A stretch of 64,000 bases of DNA from Vulcanimicrobiota bacterium (GTDB lineage: Bacteria; Vulcanimicrobiota; Vulcanimicrobiia; Vulcanimicrobiales; Vulcanimicrobiaceae). The notes beneath the pieces were generated by a model. That model was not told where the DNA came from. It saw nothing but the letters and a program-made list of their open reading frames with translations, and ran no database searches. The translations under genes and the position numbers were made by a program. The stretch lies in NCBI GenBank assembly GCA_963733295.1, contig CAVTCS010000003.1:1248001-1312000 (forward strand), given 5' to 3'. Shown in pieces: positions 42,794 through 52,355 of this stretch (its first letter is position 1; every line of letters begins with the position of its first letter).

Positions 42794-43126
42794 TTACCGG
42801 TATGCCGTACGCGACTGGAAGCAGTCGCGGCAGTAAACCGGCTTGTCGCCGCGCGGCTGAAACGGCACTTCGGCCGTCTGTCCGCATTGGCTGCAGGTAG
42901 TCACGAACATCTCGCGATTCCCGCCGCCGTTGCCCCCACGCGCGCTTCCGCCGTAGCCGCCGCCCCCGCCGGAGGCGGAACGCTGCTGCTTACGGGCGGC
43001 CCGGCAGTCCGGGCAGCGGTTGGGCTTATTTTGGAAGCCTTTGCTTGCGAAAAACTGCTGTTCGCCCGACGTGAAAACGAAGGGGGAATTGCAGTCTACG
43101 CAACTCAGGGTTTCATCAGTGTACAA
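42794..43126 (-). CDS. Double zinc-ribbon protein with CxxC-x17-CxxC domain
   Basis: CVDC...PNRCPDCR, Gly linker, CSQCG...VPFQP...PVYCRDCF. TTG start after AGGAG. Confidence 0.9.
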   Translation of the reverse strand: MYTDETLSCVDCNSPFVFTSGEQQFFASKGFQNKPNRCPDCRAARKQQRSASGGGGGYGGSARGGNGGGNREMFVTTCSQCGQTAEVPFQPRGDKPVYCRDCFQSRTAYR

Positions 43127-43295
43127 AACGAGGATCTCCTGGCGTCTCCAGTTTAGTTCGACTCGCTAAGTACCTGAGATAGAGCTACGCTGCTAACAAC
43201 CGGACCGCGCGGGTTTCGAGCCAGACAGCGTGACGCCGAGTAACTGTCTGACGCAGGCACTATAACACATCCATTGGCCAAAAAGGTTAAGGGCC

Positions 43296-43739
43296 TCAAA
43301 TCTTTTTGGCCATTGGCTGATGGAGGATGCCGGCGTCCCAGAGCTCCGGTCCGTCGTCGGTAAACCCCGCCAGGCGGTAGAAGCCGGCCGCGTGGACCTG
43401 CGCGTGCAGCCGCGCGACGCGGAAGCCGCGCCGCCGGGCCTCGGCCAGCAGTGCGGCCAGTACGGCCTTCCCGATCCCGCTGCCGCGCACCCCAGGCAAC
43501 ACCGCCATACGTCCGATTTGGATAACGCCCGGCTCCACGACGTAGAACCGCCCTGCCCCGACCGGTTCCGCGTCGAGCAAGGCCAGAGCGTGGACCGCCG
43601 CAGCGTCGTTACGGTCGTGATCGTCGATCTCGATTTCGAGCGGGACCCGCTGCTCTTCGACGAAAACGCGCTGCCGGATCGCGACGGCCCGGCCGAGCCG
43701 ATCCTCGTCGCCGATGTCGAAAAGTTCAACCGTGACCAT
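43296..43739 (-). CDS. GNAT acetyltransferase (ElaA/YjcF-like)
   Basis: IRQRVFVEEQ, IGRMAV, RGSGIG and LHAQ..A..FY motifs. Confidence 0.9.
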   Translation of the reverse strand: MVTVELFDIGDEDRLGRAVAIRQRVFVEEQRVPLEIEIDDHDRNDAAAVHALALLDAEPVGAGRFYVVEPGVIQIGRMAVLPGVRGSGIGKAVLAALLAEARRRGFRVARLHAQVHAAGFYRLAGFTDDGPELWDAGILHQPMAKKI

Positions 43740-44646
43740 CGCCTGTGCCCTTTGCGTCGGAGCCGCGCGGGAACTCTACCTCGGTGCCGCCCTGGAAGCG
43801 ATCGCGCCCGTCGTCGACGTTCTGGTCGTCAACGACAACTCGGGCGAAGAGCGCAGCGCGAACCTCGACATCCTCGAAGCGAGCGCGTTCGCGTCGCGCG
43901 GAGCGCTGCACGTCCGGCGCAACCCGTTCGTCAACTTCGCCGACATGCGAAACCGCGCGTTTGCCGGACTGCGCGAGCTGACGGCACCGCCCGACTGGGT
44001 ACTGTTCTTGGACGCCGATGAAGTCCACGGTCCTGAGTTGCCCTACATCGCTCGCAAAATCTTGCCGCGGCTCGGACCGAACGTCGCGCAGCTGGACGGG
44101 TACACGTACCACTTCTTCGGCACGTTTGACTGGATCACGGACGTCGCGCGACGCATGATGTTCTTCCGTTATTCGCCGCGCCTGCGCTGGGTCGGCGCCG
44201 TGCACGAGAAGCTCGTGGGCCTCGAGGGCAAGACCGTGGTGATTCCGTACGTTTACTACCACTACGGGAACGTCGTCCCGCCGCGGATGCTCGCCGAAAA
44301 ACATTTGCGCTATTTTGCGCTCGGCAATAAAGTGCCGCGACCGCCCGACGCCGATCGGGCCGACGCCGAAGTCTATCTCGTCAAGGCCGGCGAGGTTCGC
44401 CCCTTTCGCGGCGCGCATCCGCCGGCCGCGCGAGAGACGGTGGCCGAACTCGAACGGACGTATGTTACCGACCTGGCCTCACTCGACGCTGCCTTACGCG
44501 CACGGCGAACTCCTAGAACGACCCTGGTTTCGGCGCTGCGCGCGGCGAACGAGGGCCTGCGCGTGAAGCTGCGTTACGCCGAACGTCCCGGCTTCTTCGC
44601 ACCGCGTTCCCAGAGGGGACCGCTTCCCAGCGGCTCGAAGCTTTAG
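43732..44646 (+). CDS. Glycosyltransferase family 2
   Basis: NFADMRNRA, WVLFLDADE and AVHE motifs. Start at GTG 43732 or ATG 43714. Confidence 0.85.
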   Translation: MTIACALCVGAARELYLGAALEAIAPVVDVLVVNDNSGEERSANLDILEASAFASRGALHVRRNPFVNFADMRNRAFAGLRELTAPPDWVLFLDADEVHGPELPYIARKILPRLGPNVAQLDGYTYHFFGTFDWITDVARRMMFFRYSPRLRWVGAVHEKLVGLEGKTVVIPYVYYHYGNVVPPRMLAEKHLRYFALGNKVPRPPDADRADAEVYLVKAGEVRPFRGAHPPAARETVAELERTYVTDLASLDAALRARRTPRTTLVSALRAANEGLRVKLRYAERPGFFAPRSQRGPLPSGSKL

Positions 44647-44652
44647 CGCGCC

Positions 44653-44976
44653 ATGTGGCTTCGTCCGCGCTCGGCCCTCGCGCTCTTTACCGTGCTAGCG
44701 GCAACCTCCGCGGCTCAGGCCAATCCGGCGCCGCAGAGGGGCCACGGCGCCTTACCGGCCGCGCAGTCGCAGGCTCCCGGCCCATCGCTGCAGCTGCCGA
44801 TCGGTCATGCGCCGTTGCGCGTCAGCCAGCCGATGCAGCCCCTCCGTCCGCTCAGCTCGCCGCAGCGCAAATCCGAGCAGCAACCGAACAGCGTGCCCGG
44901 TTACAACCCGCTCAAGCGCCGGCACATGGCAATGCCGGTACTGCCGGGCGAAGACGGCTCCGCGCTCGCCTTCTAA
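44653..44976 (+). CDS. Small secreted Pro/Gln-rich protein
   Basis: Signal-peptide-like N-terminus; fills the gap in a plus-strand operon. Confidence 0.55.
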   Translation: MWLRPRSALALFTVLAATSAAQANPAPQRGHGALPAAQSQAPGPSLQLPIGHAPLRVSQPMQPLRPLSSPQRKSEQQPNSVPGYNPLKRRHMAMPVLPGEDGSALAF

Positions 44977-44992
44977 CCGGACCGGCGCGCAC

Positions 44993-45448
44993 ATCACCCT
45001 CGTGACGGGCTTGCTCGAGCGCGCGGGCCGCGTGCTGCTCGTTGCATCGCGCTATCCGAATCAGCCGGTTCCTCTTTGGAATCTGCCCGGCGGCCGCCAG
45101 CGCAACGGCGAGCTTCTCGAGGAAGCGCTGCGCCGCGAATTCGCCGAGGAGACGAGCCTCGAAGCCGGCGTCGAGCGACTTCTTTACCTCAGCGAGTCCT
45201 ACGACCGCGCCACCGGCGAGCACTTCCTCAATGTCACCTTCGCCGTCAGCGCCGGCGGCGAGCCGCGGCTTACCGGAAACGACGCGCACGTCGTGGATCT
45301 GGCCTGGGTGGCGCCGGCCGAATTGCCTGCGCGGCTGAGCGTCGCGGTCGTGCGCGAACCGTTGCTCGCGACGCTGCGCGGCGAGTCGCGCCGCTACTTC
45401 GCCTTCGCGGACGCCGGCATCACGATCGAGTTCGCCGACCCGTCCTGA
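44993..45448 (+). CDS. NUDIX hydrolase
   Basis: Nudix box PGGRQRNGELLEEALRREFAEETSL. Start uncertain (ATC 44993 or GTG 45002). Confidence 0.88.
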   Translation: MTLVTGLLERAGRVLLVASRYPNQPVPLWNLPGGRQRNGELLEEALRREFAEETSLEAGVERLLYLSESYDRATGEHFLNVTFAVSAGGEPRLTGNDAHVVDLAWVAPAELPARLSVAVVREPLLATLRGESRRYFAFADAGITIEFADPS

Positions 45449-45996
45449 GCGGCGCGAAGCTCCGACCAGCGTTCGCGCTTCAACTCGAAGACGACGATGT
45501 CGACCGGCCGCCCGCGCACGATCGCGCCATTGCGCTGCAGGCGCGCCTCGCCGAAGCCGAGACCCAGCAGCAATCGGCGCGACGGGACGTTCGCCGGCAC
45601 GCAGCACGCCTCGATCTGCTCGAGCTCCGTTTGCTCGAACGCCGCATCGACCACCGCCGCGCTCGCTTCGCGCGCATAGCCGTGGCGCCGCTGCGGCGCA
45701 AGGATGCTGTAACCGAGTTCTGCGGTGCCGCGCACCTGATCTCCGACGCGCAGCGAAATCCAGCCCGACGCGATTCCGGAATCCCTGGACACGATCAGCC
45801 ATTCGAAGCGGCCCACCGCGCGCCCGTCGAAACTCTTGGGCCTTGCGGCGACGCGTTTCTCGAACTCTTGCCGCGTGAAGCGCGGTACGTCTTGAAATTC
45901 GCGCAACTGAGCGCCCTGCATGATGCGCCAGAGCACGACGGCGTTTTCGGTGGTCACTGCTTCCAGCGAGAGTCGCGGGGTTCGAATCGTCGTCAT
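45394..45996 (-). CDS. GNAT acetyltransferase, RimJ/RimL type
   Basis: TPRLSL, ELGYSI, RRHGYARE and NVPSRRLL..LGF motifs. Confidence 0.88.
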   Translation of the reverse strand: MTTIRTPRLSLEAVTTENAVVLWRIMQGAQLREFQDVPRFTRQEFEKRVAARPKSFDGRAVGRFEWLIVSRDSGIASGWISLRVGDQVRGTAELGYSILAPQRRHGYAREASAAVVDAAFEQTELEQIEACCVPANVPSRRLLLGLGFGEARLQRNGAIVRGRPVDIVVFELKRERWSELRAAQDGSANSIVMPASAKAK

Positions 45997-47684
45997 TTGG
46001 CAAAAGAGGCGTTGCGGAAGTCGGCGACTTTCGGTATTTCTCCGTTCTCGCTCGACGCGCTGCGAAAGAAAACGCGGTCGCCGGCCTTCGTCAACAAGAC
46101 TGCCGGATCGACGTTCCCGTCGACCGAAAAGATGCGGCGGCTGCCGCGCAGGGTGAAGTACAACATCCCGTTCGATCCGGCACCGATCCGGTCGATCTGA
46201 CCGAAGAAGGACTCAGCGCCGACCGAGCTGACCACCCCGGGGGCTCCCGGAGTGCCGACGCCGAGGAAGGCCGCATACTGAGCGAAGGCATCGTCCTGCG
46301 GGGAGCTGCTCGAGCTCGACCCGACGATGACGTGCCCGTTTTTAGCCTGCACGAGCGAGAGGGTCTGGTACTTTCCCGAATCCGCGACCAGCGGCACGAC
46401 CCACGTATTCTGCCCGAAGGCATTGTACAGCAGCGGTTGCGTCGGAATGAGCTTACCCTGGCGCACGATCGGGTTCGAGGCGACCGCGTATTCGGCGCCG
46501 CGCGAATTGAACTCTCCGCCAGACGAGGTATAGTAGGTGATTTCGCCGCTGACCGTGTCCATGTAGGTAAAACCCGTCATCGACTGGTCGGCGGCGGGCG
46601 ACGTGTGATCGACGAACCAGACGAAGCGCGGGCCTGCCAGCATCCCGAACACTTCGTCGCGCGCCGGGACGTGCACGTCGCGCTTGGTCACGAGGTAGTT
46701 CCACAAACCGTGCACGTACCGGCCGAACCACTCGTTATACGCGAGCGCGAGCTGGTCGGGATACACGCGGCTGACCCACTTCGGCAATGTCGCGAAGTCG
46801 CGCCGGTCGATGCGCTCCATCCGGCCCGTCGCCGGATCGACGATGACGACGCCGGTCACCTTCTGCCCGCTCCAACCAATCGTCGGCCTTCCGAGCGTGC
46901 AGAGGTACTGTGGAGCGCCGTCGGCGTCGAGCTGCAACGTCATCTCGAGGATCTGTTCGGTGCCGTAGGTCATGTACACGTGACGATAGAGGTTGTCGTT
47001 GAGCAGCGCTGACGGAATGTAGCGCATCGGCGCGCGCTGGCGGAGTTCAGAAGGCTGATCGGGATTCTCGGCGCTGACGACGATGACGCCGGGACTGGTG
47101 CGCCGGGCCAGCCATTGCACGAGCCCCTGAAACTCCAGCGGCGCAACCCAGACCAGGCGTCCGCTCTCGACTTGCACGTTGAAATCGCCGACGCGGTAGT
47201 AGGAACCGAGCTGACCGATGACCTTGTCGCCGGCAAAGATCGCCGCTTCTTCAGGCACGACTCGGATGTGTTTGAGGTCGGCGCTCGGCGGGAGCGTGTT
47301 GGAAATCTTCACGTCGGCCACGTCGCGCAGCCCGCTCGCGTCGACGATCGGCGCCAGCGCAAGTACGCCGGCAAACGCGCCGAGAAGCGCAAGCCCGATC
47401 AGATACGGCCAGTGCGGGGTACGTCTGATCGAGACGACCCGGCGTGCCACGACCGCGTCGCGCGCCGCGATCAGCACGCTGTAAGCGGCGTTCGGAATGA
47501 AGCTGAGCAGCAGCAGCGTCAGCGCTTGCGGAAAAACCAGCGGCGGCATCTTGACGTACGCATAGATCAGCAAGAGCGGGAAGCCGATCGCGAGACGGAA
47601 CCACTGACCCCGCCACCAGTTGCGTCCGAAGTCGAGGTTGACCAGACCGAGCGACATGAACGCCGCGGCGAGGAGAATTACCAC
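45993..47684 (-). CDS. Membrane protein with a large soluble domain, unknown function
   Basis: About four N-terminal TMs. ATGA overlap with the GNAT gene. Confidence 0.8.
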   Translation of the reverse strand: MVILLAAAFMSLGLVNLDFGRNWWRGQWFRLAIGFPLLLIYAYVKMPPLVFPQALTLLLLSFIPNAAYSVLIAARDAVVARRVVSIRRTPHWPYLIGLALLGAFAGVLALAPIVDASGLRDVADVKISNTLPPSADLKHIRVVPEEAAIFAGDKVIGQLGSYYRVGDFNVQVESGRLVWVAPLEFQGLVQWLARRTSPGVIVVSAENPDQPSELRQRAPMRYIPSALLNDNLYRHVYMTYGTEQILEMTLQLDADGAPQYLCTLGRPTIGWSGQKVTGVVIVDPATGRMERIDRRDFATLPKWVSRVYPDQLALAYNEWFGRYVHGLWNYLVTKRDVHVPARDEVFGMLAGPRFVWFVDHTSPAADQSMTGFTYMDTVSGEITYYTSSGGEFNSRGAEYAVASNPIVRQGKLIPTQPLLYNAFGQNTWVVPLVADSGKYQTLSLVQAKNGHVIVGSSSSSSPQDDAFAQYAAFLGVGTPGAPGVVSSVGAESFFGQIDRIGAGSNGMLYFTLRGSRRIFSVDGNVDPAVLLTKAGDRVFFRSASSENGEIPKVADFRNASFAK

Positions 47685-47725
47685 CGGCTTGCCGGCCGAA
47701 CTCGAGCGCGTGATCGAACGTGCGA

Positions 47726-48061
47726 ATGAACTCGCTCGCCGCCGGCCTGGCCGCCGCCGCTCCCTCCGAAGTCCGTTTCAACGGAACCGCCGAATCGAAG
47801 CCGCGCTTCTTCTTCGGCAGCGGGACGCAGGCATGGCATGAGGCTTTCGACGTGCTGAGCGACGACGGGCACCGCGTGGAAGTGGTCGATAACGTTTTGA
47901 TCGCGCCGCGAGTTCCGATCGCGCCGGGCGACCGCGTCGTCGTGCAGGGGGAGCTCGTGCCGGGCGCGGTTCGCGGGCCGCTGGTCCATTGGACGCATCA
48001 CGACCCCGCCGGACGCCACGAGGATGGATTCATCGAGCTGCACGGACGTCGCTACGCTTGA
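47726..48061 (+). CDS. DUF3465 family protein
   Basis: NVLIAPRVP..PGD...QGE and VHWTHHDP.GRHEDGFI motifs. Start uncertain. Confidence 0.8.
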   Translation: MNSLAAGLAAAAPSEVRFNGTAESKPRFFFGSGTQAWHEAFDVLSDDGHRVEVVDNVLIAPRVPIAPGDRVVVQGELVPGAVRGPLVHWTHHDPAGRHEDGFIELHGRRYA

Positions 48062-48821
48062 GCGCGAGGACCTTCTCGCGCGCCGTATCAGCCATCAATT
48101 GCGGAACCGTGACGAACCGGAAGCCTCGTGCCCGCAGCTGTTCGACGATGAGCCGCGTGGCTGCGACGTCCTGCGAGCGATCGCAGACGGTAGACGAAAT
48201 ATGGGCGGCCCGGCAAACGATGCCGCGGTTCCCGTCGTGCAGTACGATGATGCTTCCGTCGCCAACGTTGTCGAGAACGCGCTCCGCGATCGTCTCCCCG
48301 CCCGGCTGCTCCCAATCGTTGGGAAGCGGGACCGACCACATCACCACCGTATAGCCGAGCTGTCGCGCTTCACCGAGCACCGCAAAATCTCGCGCTCCGA
48401 AGGGCGGCCGCAGCAAGCGCGTGCGCACGCCGGCGGCGGCGAAGATCGCGTCGTCGGTTCGAGTGAGCTCGGACCGCATCGTCGCCGGCGTTTCCACGAG
48501 CAGATGCCGATGGTCCCACGTGTGGTTGCCGATGGCGTTACCTTCCCGAACGATGCGACGCACGACCGCAGGATCGGCGACGACGGCTCGGCCCACGACG
48601 AAGAAAGTCGCATGCACGCGCTCGGCGCGCAGCACGTCGAGGATGCGGTCGGTGTATGGCGGGTTGGGGCCGTCGTCGTAGGTCAATGCGACCTCGCGCC
48701 GGTCGAGCGGGCCGTTGACGACCGTTCGTCCGAAAATCTGGTTGGCCGGCGCCTCGACCGCCTGGTACCCGAGATAGAACGCTACCCCGAGCAGGCCCAC
48801 CAGAAGCGCGTACTTTTTCAC
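48030..48821 (-). CDS. Polysaccharide deacetylase (NodB/CE4)
   Basis: LTYDDGP, ATFFV, NHTWDH, RPPFG and IIVLHDG motifs. Confidence 0.93.
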   Translation of the reverse strand: MKKYALLVGLLGVAFYLGYQAVEAPANQIFGRTVVNGPLDRREVALTYDDGPNPPYTDRILDVLRAERVHATFFVVGRAVVADPAVVRRIVREGNAIGNHTWDHRHLLVETPATMRSELTRTDDAIFAAAGVRTRLLRPPFGARDFAVLGEARQLGYTVVMWSVPLPNDWEQPGGETIAERVLDNVGDGSIIVLHDGNRGIVCRAAHISSTVCDRSQDVAATRLIVEQLRARGFRFVTVPQLMADTAREKVLALKRSDVRAAR

Positions 48822-49468
48822 GTTTTGCCCAGCAACTTCGCTTGCGCGGCCGCGATTTTCGCCCGGAACGCGTCGCTGCCGTACGCCTGGAATGCGTCGA
48901 CGATCTTCTGATAACGCGGCTCGACGAGCACCGTGCTCGACATCCGCAATAAATCCGGCACGGGCTTGTTGCGGTCGAGATGGATCGTATACTGATGCCC
49001 ACCCGTCGTCGCCCAGTAGTGCGGATCGGTAAACGCGAAATCGTGCGAGCCGTGTCTGCCGTTCGTCAGCTGATAAACCGCCACGGCGTAGCTCGTCGCG
49101 GTGTCGCCTCGCCGCGGCTTGGTAGGTAACTCCCAAATGCCGTCGGCAACCAGCTGGTCGAACAGAAACGGTACGTCCGTCGTCTCACGCGGGAGCGCTT
49201 CGACGCGAATCGAGAGGCCTTTCCGATTGACCGCCCGGTATTCGCTCGTCGAGAGCCGGTTAATGTCGTCCATGCGATACTCTTCCAGCGCGATCGGGCC
49301 GTTCTGATGATGAATCATTAAGCTCATCCGGATCTCCGACTGCGATGCGGCGACGCGGCGTGTGGCGGCGTAGCGTCCCCCTTCCTGCGTCACCATGAAC
49401 CATGCGCCCAATATGACGGCGAACAAACCTGCGAGGAACACCAAGGGCGGGACGGGATTGACGCGCAC
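48818..49468 (-). CDS. Membrane-anchored hypothetical protein
   Basis: N-terminal TM. GTGA overlap with the deacetylase gene. Confidence 0.72.
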   Translation of the reverse strand: MRVNPVPPLVFLAGLFAVILGAWFMVTQEGGRYAATRRVAASQSEIRMSLMIHHQNGPIALEEYRMDDINRLSTSEYRAVNRKGLSIRVEALPRETTDVPFLFDQLVADGIWELPTKPRRGDTATSYAVAVYQLTNGRHGSHDFAFTDPHYWATTGGHQYTIHLDRNKPVPDLLRMSSTVLVEPRYQKIVDAFQAYGSDAFRAKIAAAQAKLLGKT

Positions 49469-49486
49469 GACCCGGGATCAGTTTCC

Positions 49487-49897
49487 TCAGCGGCCTGCCG
49501 CGGCCTCGTCGAGCAGGCGGTTCACGAGGGCGTCGGCCGCGGCATTGTCCTTTCGCCGCACGTGACCGATCTCGACGGAACGGAAGCGCCGCAGCAGGGC
49601 CTGCGCCTTGCGGTGCAGCGGGATCAAGTCGGCATGTTTGACCCGGTACACGCCGGTTAGCTGCCGCACGACGAGTTCGCTGTCCAGACGGACCACGAGA
49701 TCCTCGACCCCGAGTTCGAGTGCCGCCTCGAGCCCGGCCAGCAGGCCCTGCCATTCAGCCACGTTGTTCGTCGCGACCCCGAGGTACGCGCCCGCTTCAG
49801 CCAGCAACCGCCCGTCATCCGCAATCACAACCGCGCCGCCCGCAGCCGGTCCGGGATTTCCGCGCGAGCCGCCATCGGCGAAGAGCGTCGCCTTCAA
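49487..49897 (-). CDS. rnhA: Ribonuclease HI
   Basis: FADGGSRGNPG, TNNVAE, LDSELVV and NAAADAL motifs. TTG start overlaps the MaoC gene stop. Confidence 0.9.
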   Translation of the reverse strand: MKATLFADGGSRGNPGPAAGGAVVIADDGRLLAEAGAYLGVATNNVAEWQGLLAGLEAALELGVEDLVVRLDSELVVRQLTGVYRVKHADLIPLHRKAQALLRRFRSVEIGHVRRKDNAAADALVNRLLDEAAAGR

Positions 49898-50319
49898 GCG
49901 GGGTCTTTCTGCTCCAACGCCTCGCCGTCGACGACGAGCACACCGTGTTGGTTCGTGCACGTGGTGCGACAGCGCAGCCGCCGCTTCTTCGCGTCGATCT
50001 CAATCACTTCGGTGCACGCCGTGATCGTGTCCCCTGGATACACCGGGCGCAAGAACCGCAGCGTCTGCGCCACCGAAATCCCGCCGGGTTTCTGCAGCAG
50101 CAATCCGTTCGTGGTCGAGATAAGACTCGCAGTCAAGAAACCGTGCGCGATTCTGCGTCCGAAACGCGTCGTCTTGGCATATTCTTCGTCGACGTGAACC
50201 GGATAGTTGTCGCCGCTCACCGCGGCAAACAGTGCGATCTCCGCTTCGCCGATCGTCTTGCTGAACGTGGCTTTGTCGCCCACCGCGAACGCTTCAAAAG
50301 ATTTAGACTCGTAAGACAC
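49894..50319 (-). CDS. MaoC family dehydratase
   Basis: FAAVSGDNYPVHVD, RIAHG and FLRPVYPGDT motifs. Confidence 0.9.
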   Translation of the reverse strand: MSYESKSFEAFAVGDKATFSKTIGEAEIALFAAVSGDNYPVHVDEEYAKTTRFGRRIAHGFLTASLISTTNGLLLQKPGGISVAQTLRFLRPVYPGDTITACTEVIEIDAKKRRLRCRTTCTNQHGVLVVDGEALEQKDPA

Positions 50320-50352
50320 GCGCCGAAGCTTCGCACGGCGGGTCGAATCGGC

Positions 50353-52350
50353 CTACGCACGACCGGCCGGAGATGCGAGTAAGCTCCAAGCCCGCAGCAC
50401 TTCGGCGACACTCCAGGCTTGAGCGATCGCGCCCTTCGGCGCGTAGGGCGCGTCGCCGTCGGCGAGTTCGCCGAGCGTTCCGAGAGCGTACCCGTCGAGT
50501 TGTCGTCCAAGCGCCGCAACGAACGACGCGGCGGTCTCGGGGTCGCCGTACGCGCGCGCGTGCGCGAGCGCGAACGGTCCCATCAGCCAAGGCCACACCG
50601 TACCTTGATGGTACGTACTATCGCGCTGAGCCGGGTCGCCCCGGTACGCCCCGCAATATCCCGCTTCGCCGGGCGCGAGCGTGCGCAGCCCGTAGGTCGT
50701 CACGAGCTCGCGCGCGCACGCTCCGACCACCGCTCGCTGTCGCTCTCCCGAAAGCGCGCTCTCGTTGAGTGAAACCGCGAACAGCTGATTCGGGCGAAAC
50801 GCCGCATCGGAACCGCTCGGTCCGTCGAGCACGTCGAATAAGAAGCTGCGCGTACCGTTCCAGAAGCGTTCGAAGCCGGCACGCGTTCGTTGCAGAGCAC
50901 GTTCGAAGCGCGCGCCGTCGTCGCGCGCCCCGAGTGTCGCGGCGAAGTCCGCCAGCGTGGCGAGCGCGTTCAGCCACAACGCCGCGATCTCGACGGGCTT
51001 TCCGTACCGCGGCGTGATCACGTGGTCGCCGACCTTCGCATCCATCCAGGTCAGTTGAACGCCCGGCTCGCCGGCGGCGATCAGCCCGTCCGCCGGATCT
51101 TCATGGATACCGAAACGCGTTCCAGCCGCGTACGCTTGCTGAATCGAACGCAGCACCGGATAGATCTCGTCCAGCAACGGGCGATCGCGCGTTGCGGCGA
51201 CGTAGGCGCGCACGGCCTCGACGAACCAGAGCGCCGCGTCGACGGTGTTGTACTCCGCTGCTGCGCCGGGGCCCGGAACCGTGTTGGGCAGCATGCCGCC
51301 GTCGACCAGCTTCGCGAACTCCCGCAAAACGTCGCGGGCAACGTCCGGCCGGCCGGTCGCAAGGGTCAGTCCGGGCAGCGCGATCATCGTATCGCGTCCC
51401 CAATCGCCGAACCAGTGATAGCCCGCGATCACCGTGGTCCCGGGCGGCGTCGCACGGTGCACGATGAACTGTGCGGCCGCCAGCACGAGCCGCTCGAACC
51501 AGGCCGGCGCCGCGCGCGCGACTTGGGATCGCGCGCCACGCCAGAGACGCAGTTTCTCGCCCGTTCGCGATCGTTCGCGCTCGAGCGGGTCGCCGCGCGC
51601 TTCGGGCGTTTCGCCGGCGCAGAGCGACAAGGTCGCGCTTTCGCCGGGCGCGAGGGTGAAGCGGAACGTCGCGACGTGAAGGTGGTCGTCGAGCGCATCC
51701 AGTCCGCGTTCGCGTTCGCGCGCCAACTCGTAGTTGAGGTACCACTCGTGCGCGAACTCGACGTCTCCGCGCTCGCAAGCGATCCGCAGCGGGACCGCTC
51801 CCCCGAACGCGATGACGCGCACGCCGCCGGCAGCCGGCTCGACTTCCATGCGCCAGTCGCCCGACCGCGTGAGCGAGTGGAAGTCGCGATAATTGACGAG
51901 CGCTTTGATCTCGAGCGTCAAGTCGCTCGCGGCGCGCGCGAGTTTGTAACGCACCCAGGTTAGATTCGCCCCCTGCTCCATCCAAACGCGCTTCTCGAGA
52001 AGGGCGTCGGCCAGCGCGAAGCTCCACACCGGCACGCCGTCGTCGAGGCGAAAGCGTTCGATGAGTCGATCGCCGCGTGGCTCGAGCGTTCCGTCGGCCC
52101 AGCGATTGACGAAGAGCGAATACTCCGCCGTTGCGCTGCGGACCGTTTCGTCAAACCGCGTTCCGAGCAGGGTTCGGCCCAGAGGCGGCTGCAGCGCTGC
52201 GACGAGCAACCCGTGATAGCGACGCGTCAGCATACCGGCGAGCGTGCCCGAAGCAAAGCCGCCCAGTCCGTTGGTTACTAGCCATTCGCGCCGCTCGGCG
52301 ACGCTTTCGTCCTTACAGACGGCGCGTCCGAAGTCGAGCCCCTCGCTCAC
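50353..52350 (-). CDS. Amylo-alpha-1,6-glucosidase (glycogen debranching enzyme)
   Basis: REWLVTNGLGG, AGYHWFGDWGRD, LTWMDAK, YHQGTVWPW and AQAWSVAE motifs. Confidence 0.92.
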   Translation of the reverse strand: MSEGLDFGRAVCKDESVAERREWLVTNGLGGFASGTLAGMLTRRYHGLLVAALQPPLGRTLLGTRFDETVRSATAEYSLFVNRWADGTLEPRGDRLIERFRLDDGVPVWSFALADALLEKRVWMEQGANLTWVRYKLARAASDLTLEIKALVNYRDFHSLTRSGDWRMEVEPAAGGVRVIAFGGAVPLRIACERGDVEFAHEWYLNYELARERERGLDALDDHLHVATFRFTLAPGESATLSLCAGETPEARGDPLERERSRTGEKLRLWRGARSQVARAAPAWFERLVLAAAQFIVHRATPPGTTVIAGYHWFGDWGRDTMIALPGLTLATGRPDVARDVLREFAKLVDGGMLPNTVPGPGAAAEYNTVDAALWFVEAVRAYVAATRDRPLLDEIYPVLRSIQQAYAAGTRFGIHEDPADGLIAAGEPGVQLTWMDAKVGDHVITPRYGKPVEIAALWLNALATLADFAATLGARDDGARFERALQRTRAGFERFWNGTRSFLFDVLDGPSGSDAAFRPNQLFAVSLNESALSGERQRAVVGACARELVTTYGLRTLAPGEAGYCGAYRGDPAQRDSTYHQGTVWPWLMGPFALAHARAYGDPETAASFVAALGRQLDGYALGTLGELADGDAPYAPKGAIAQAWSVAEVLRAWSLLASPAGRA

Positions 52351-52355
52351 TCAGG

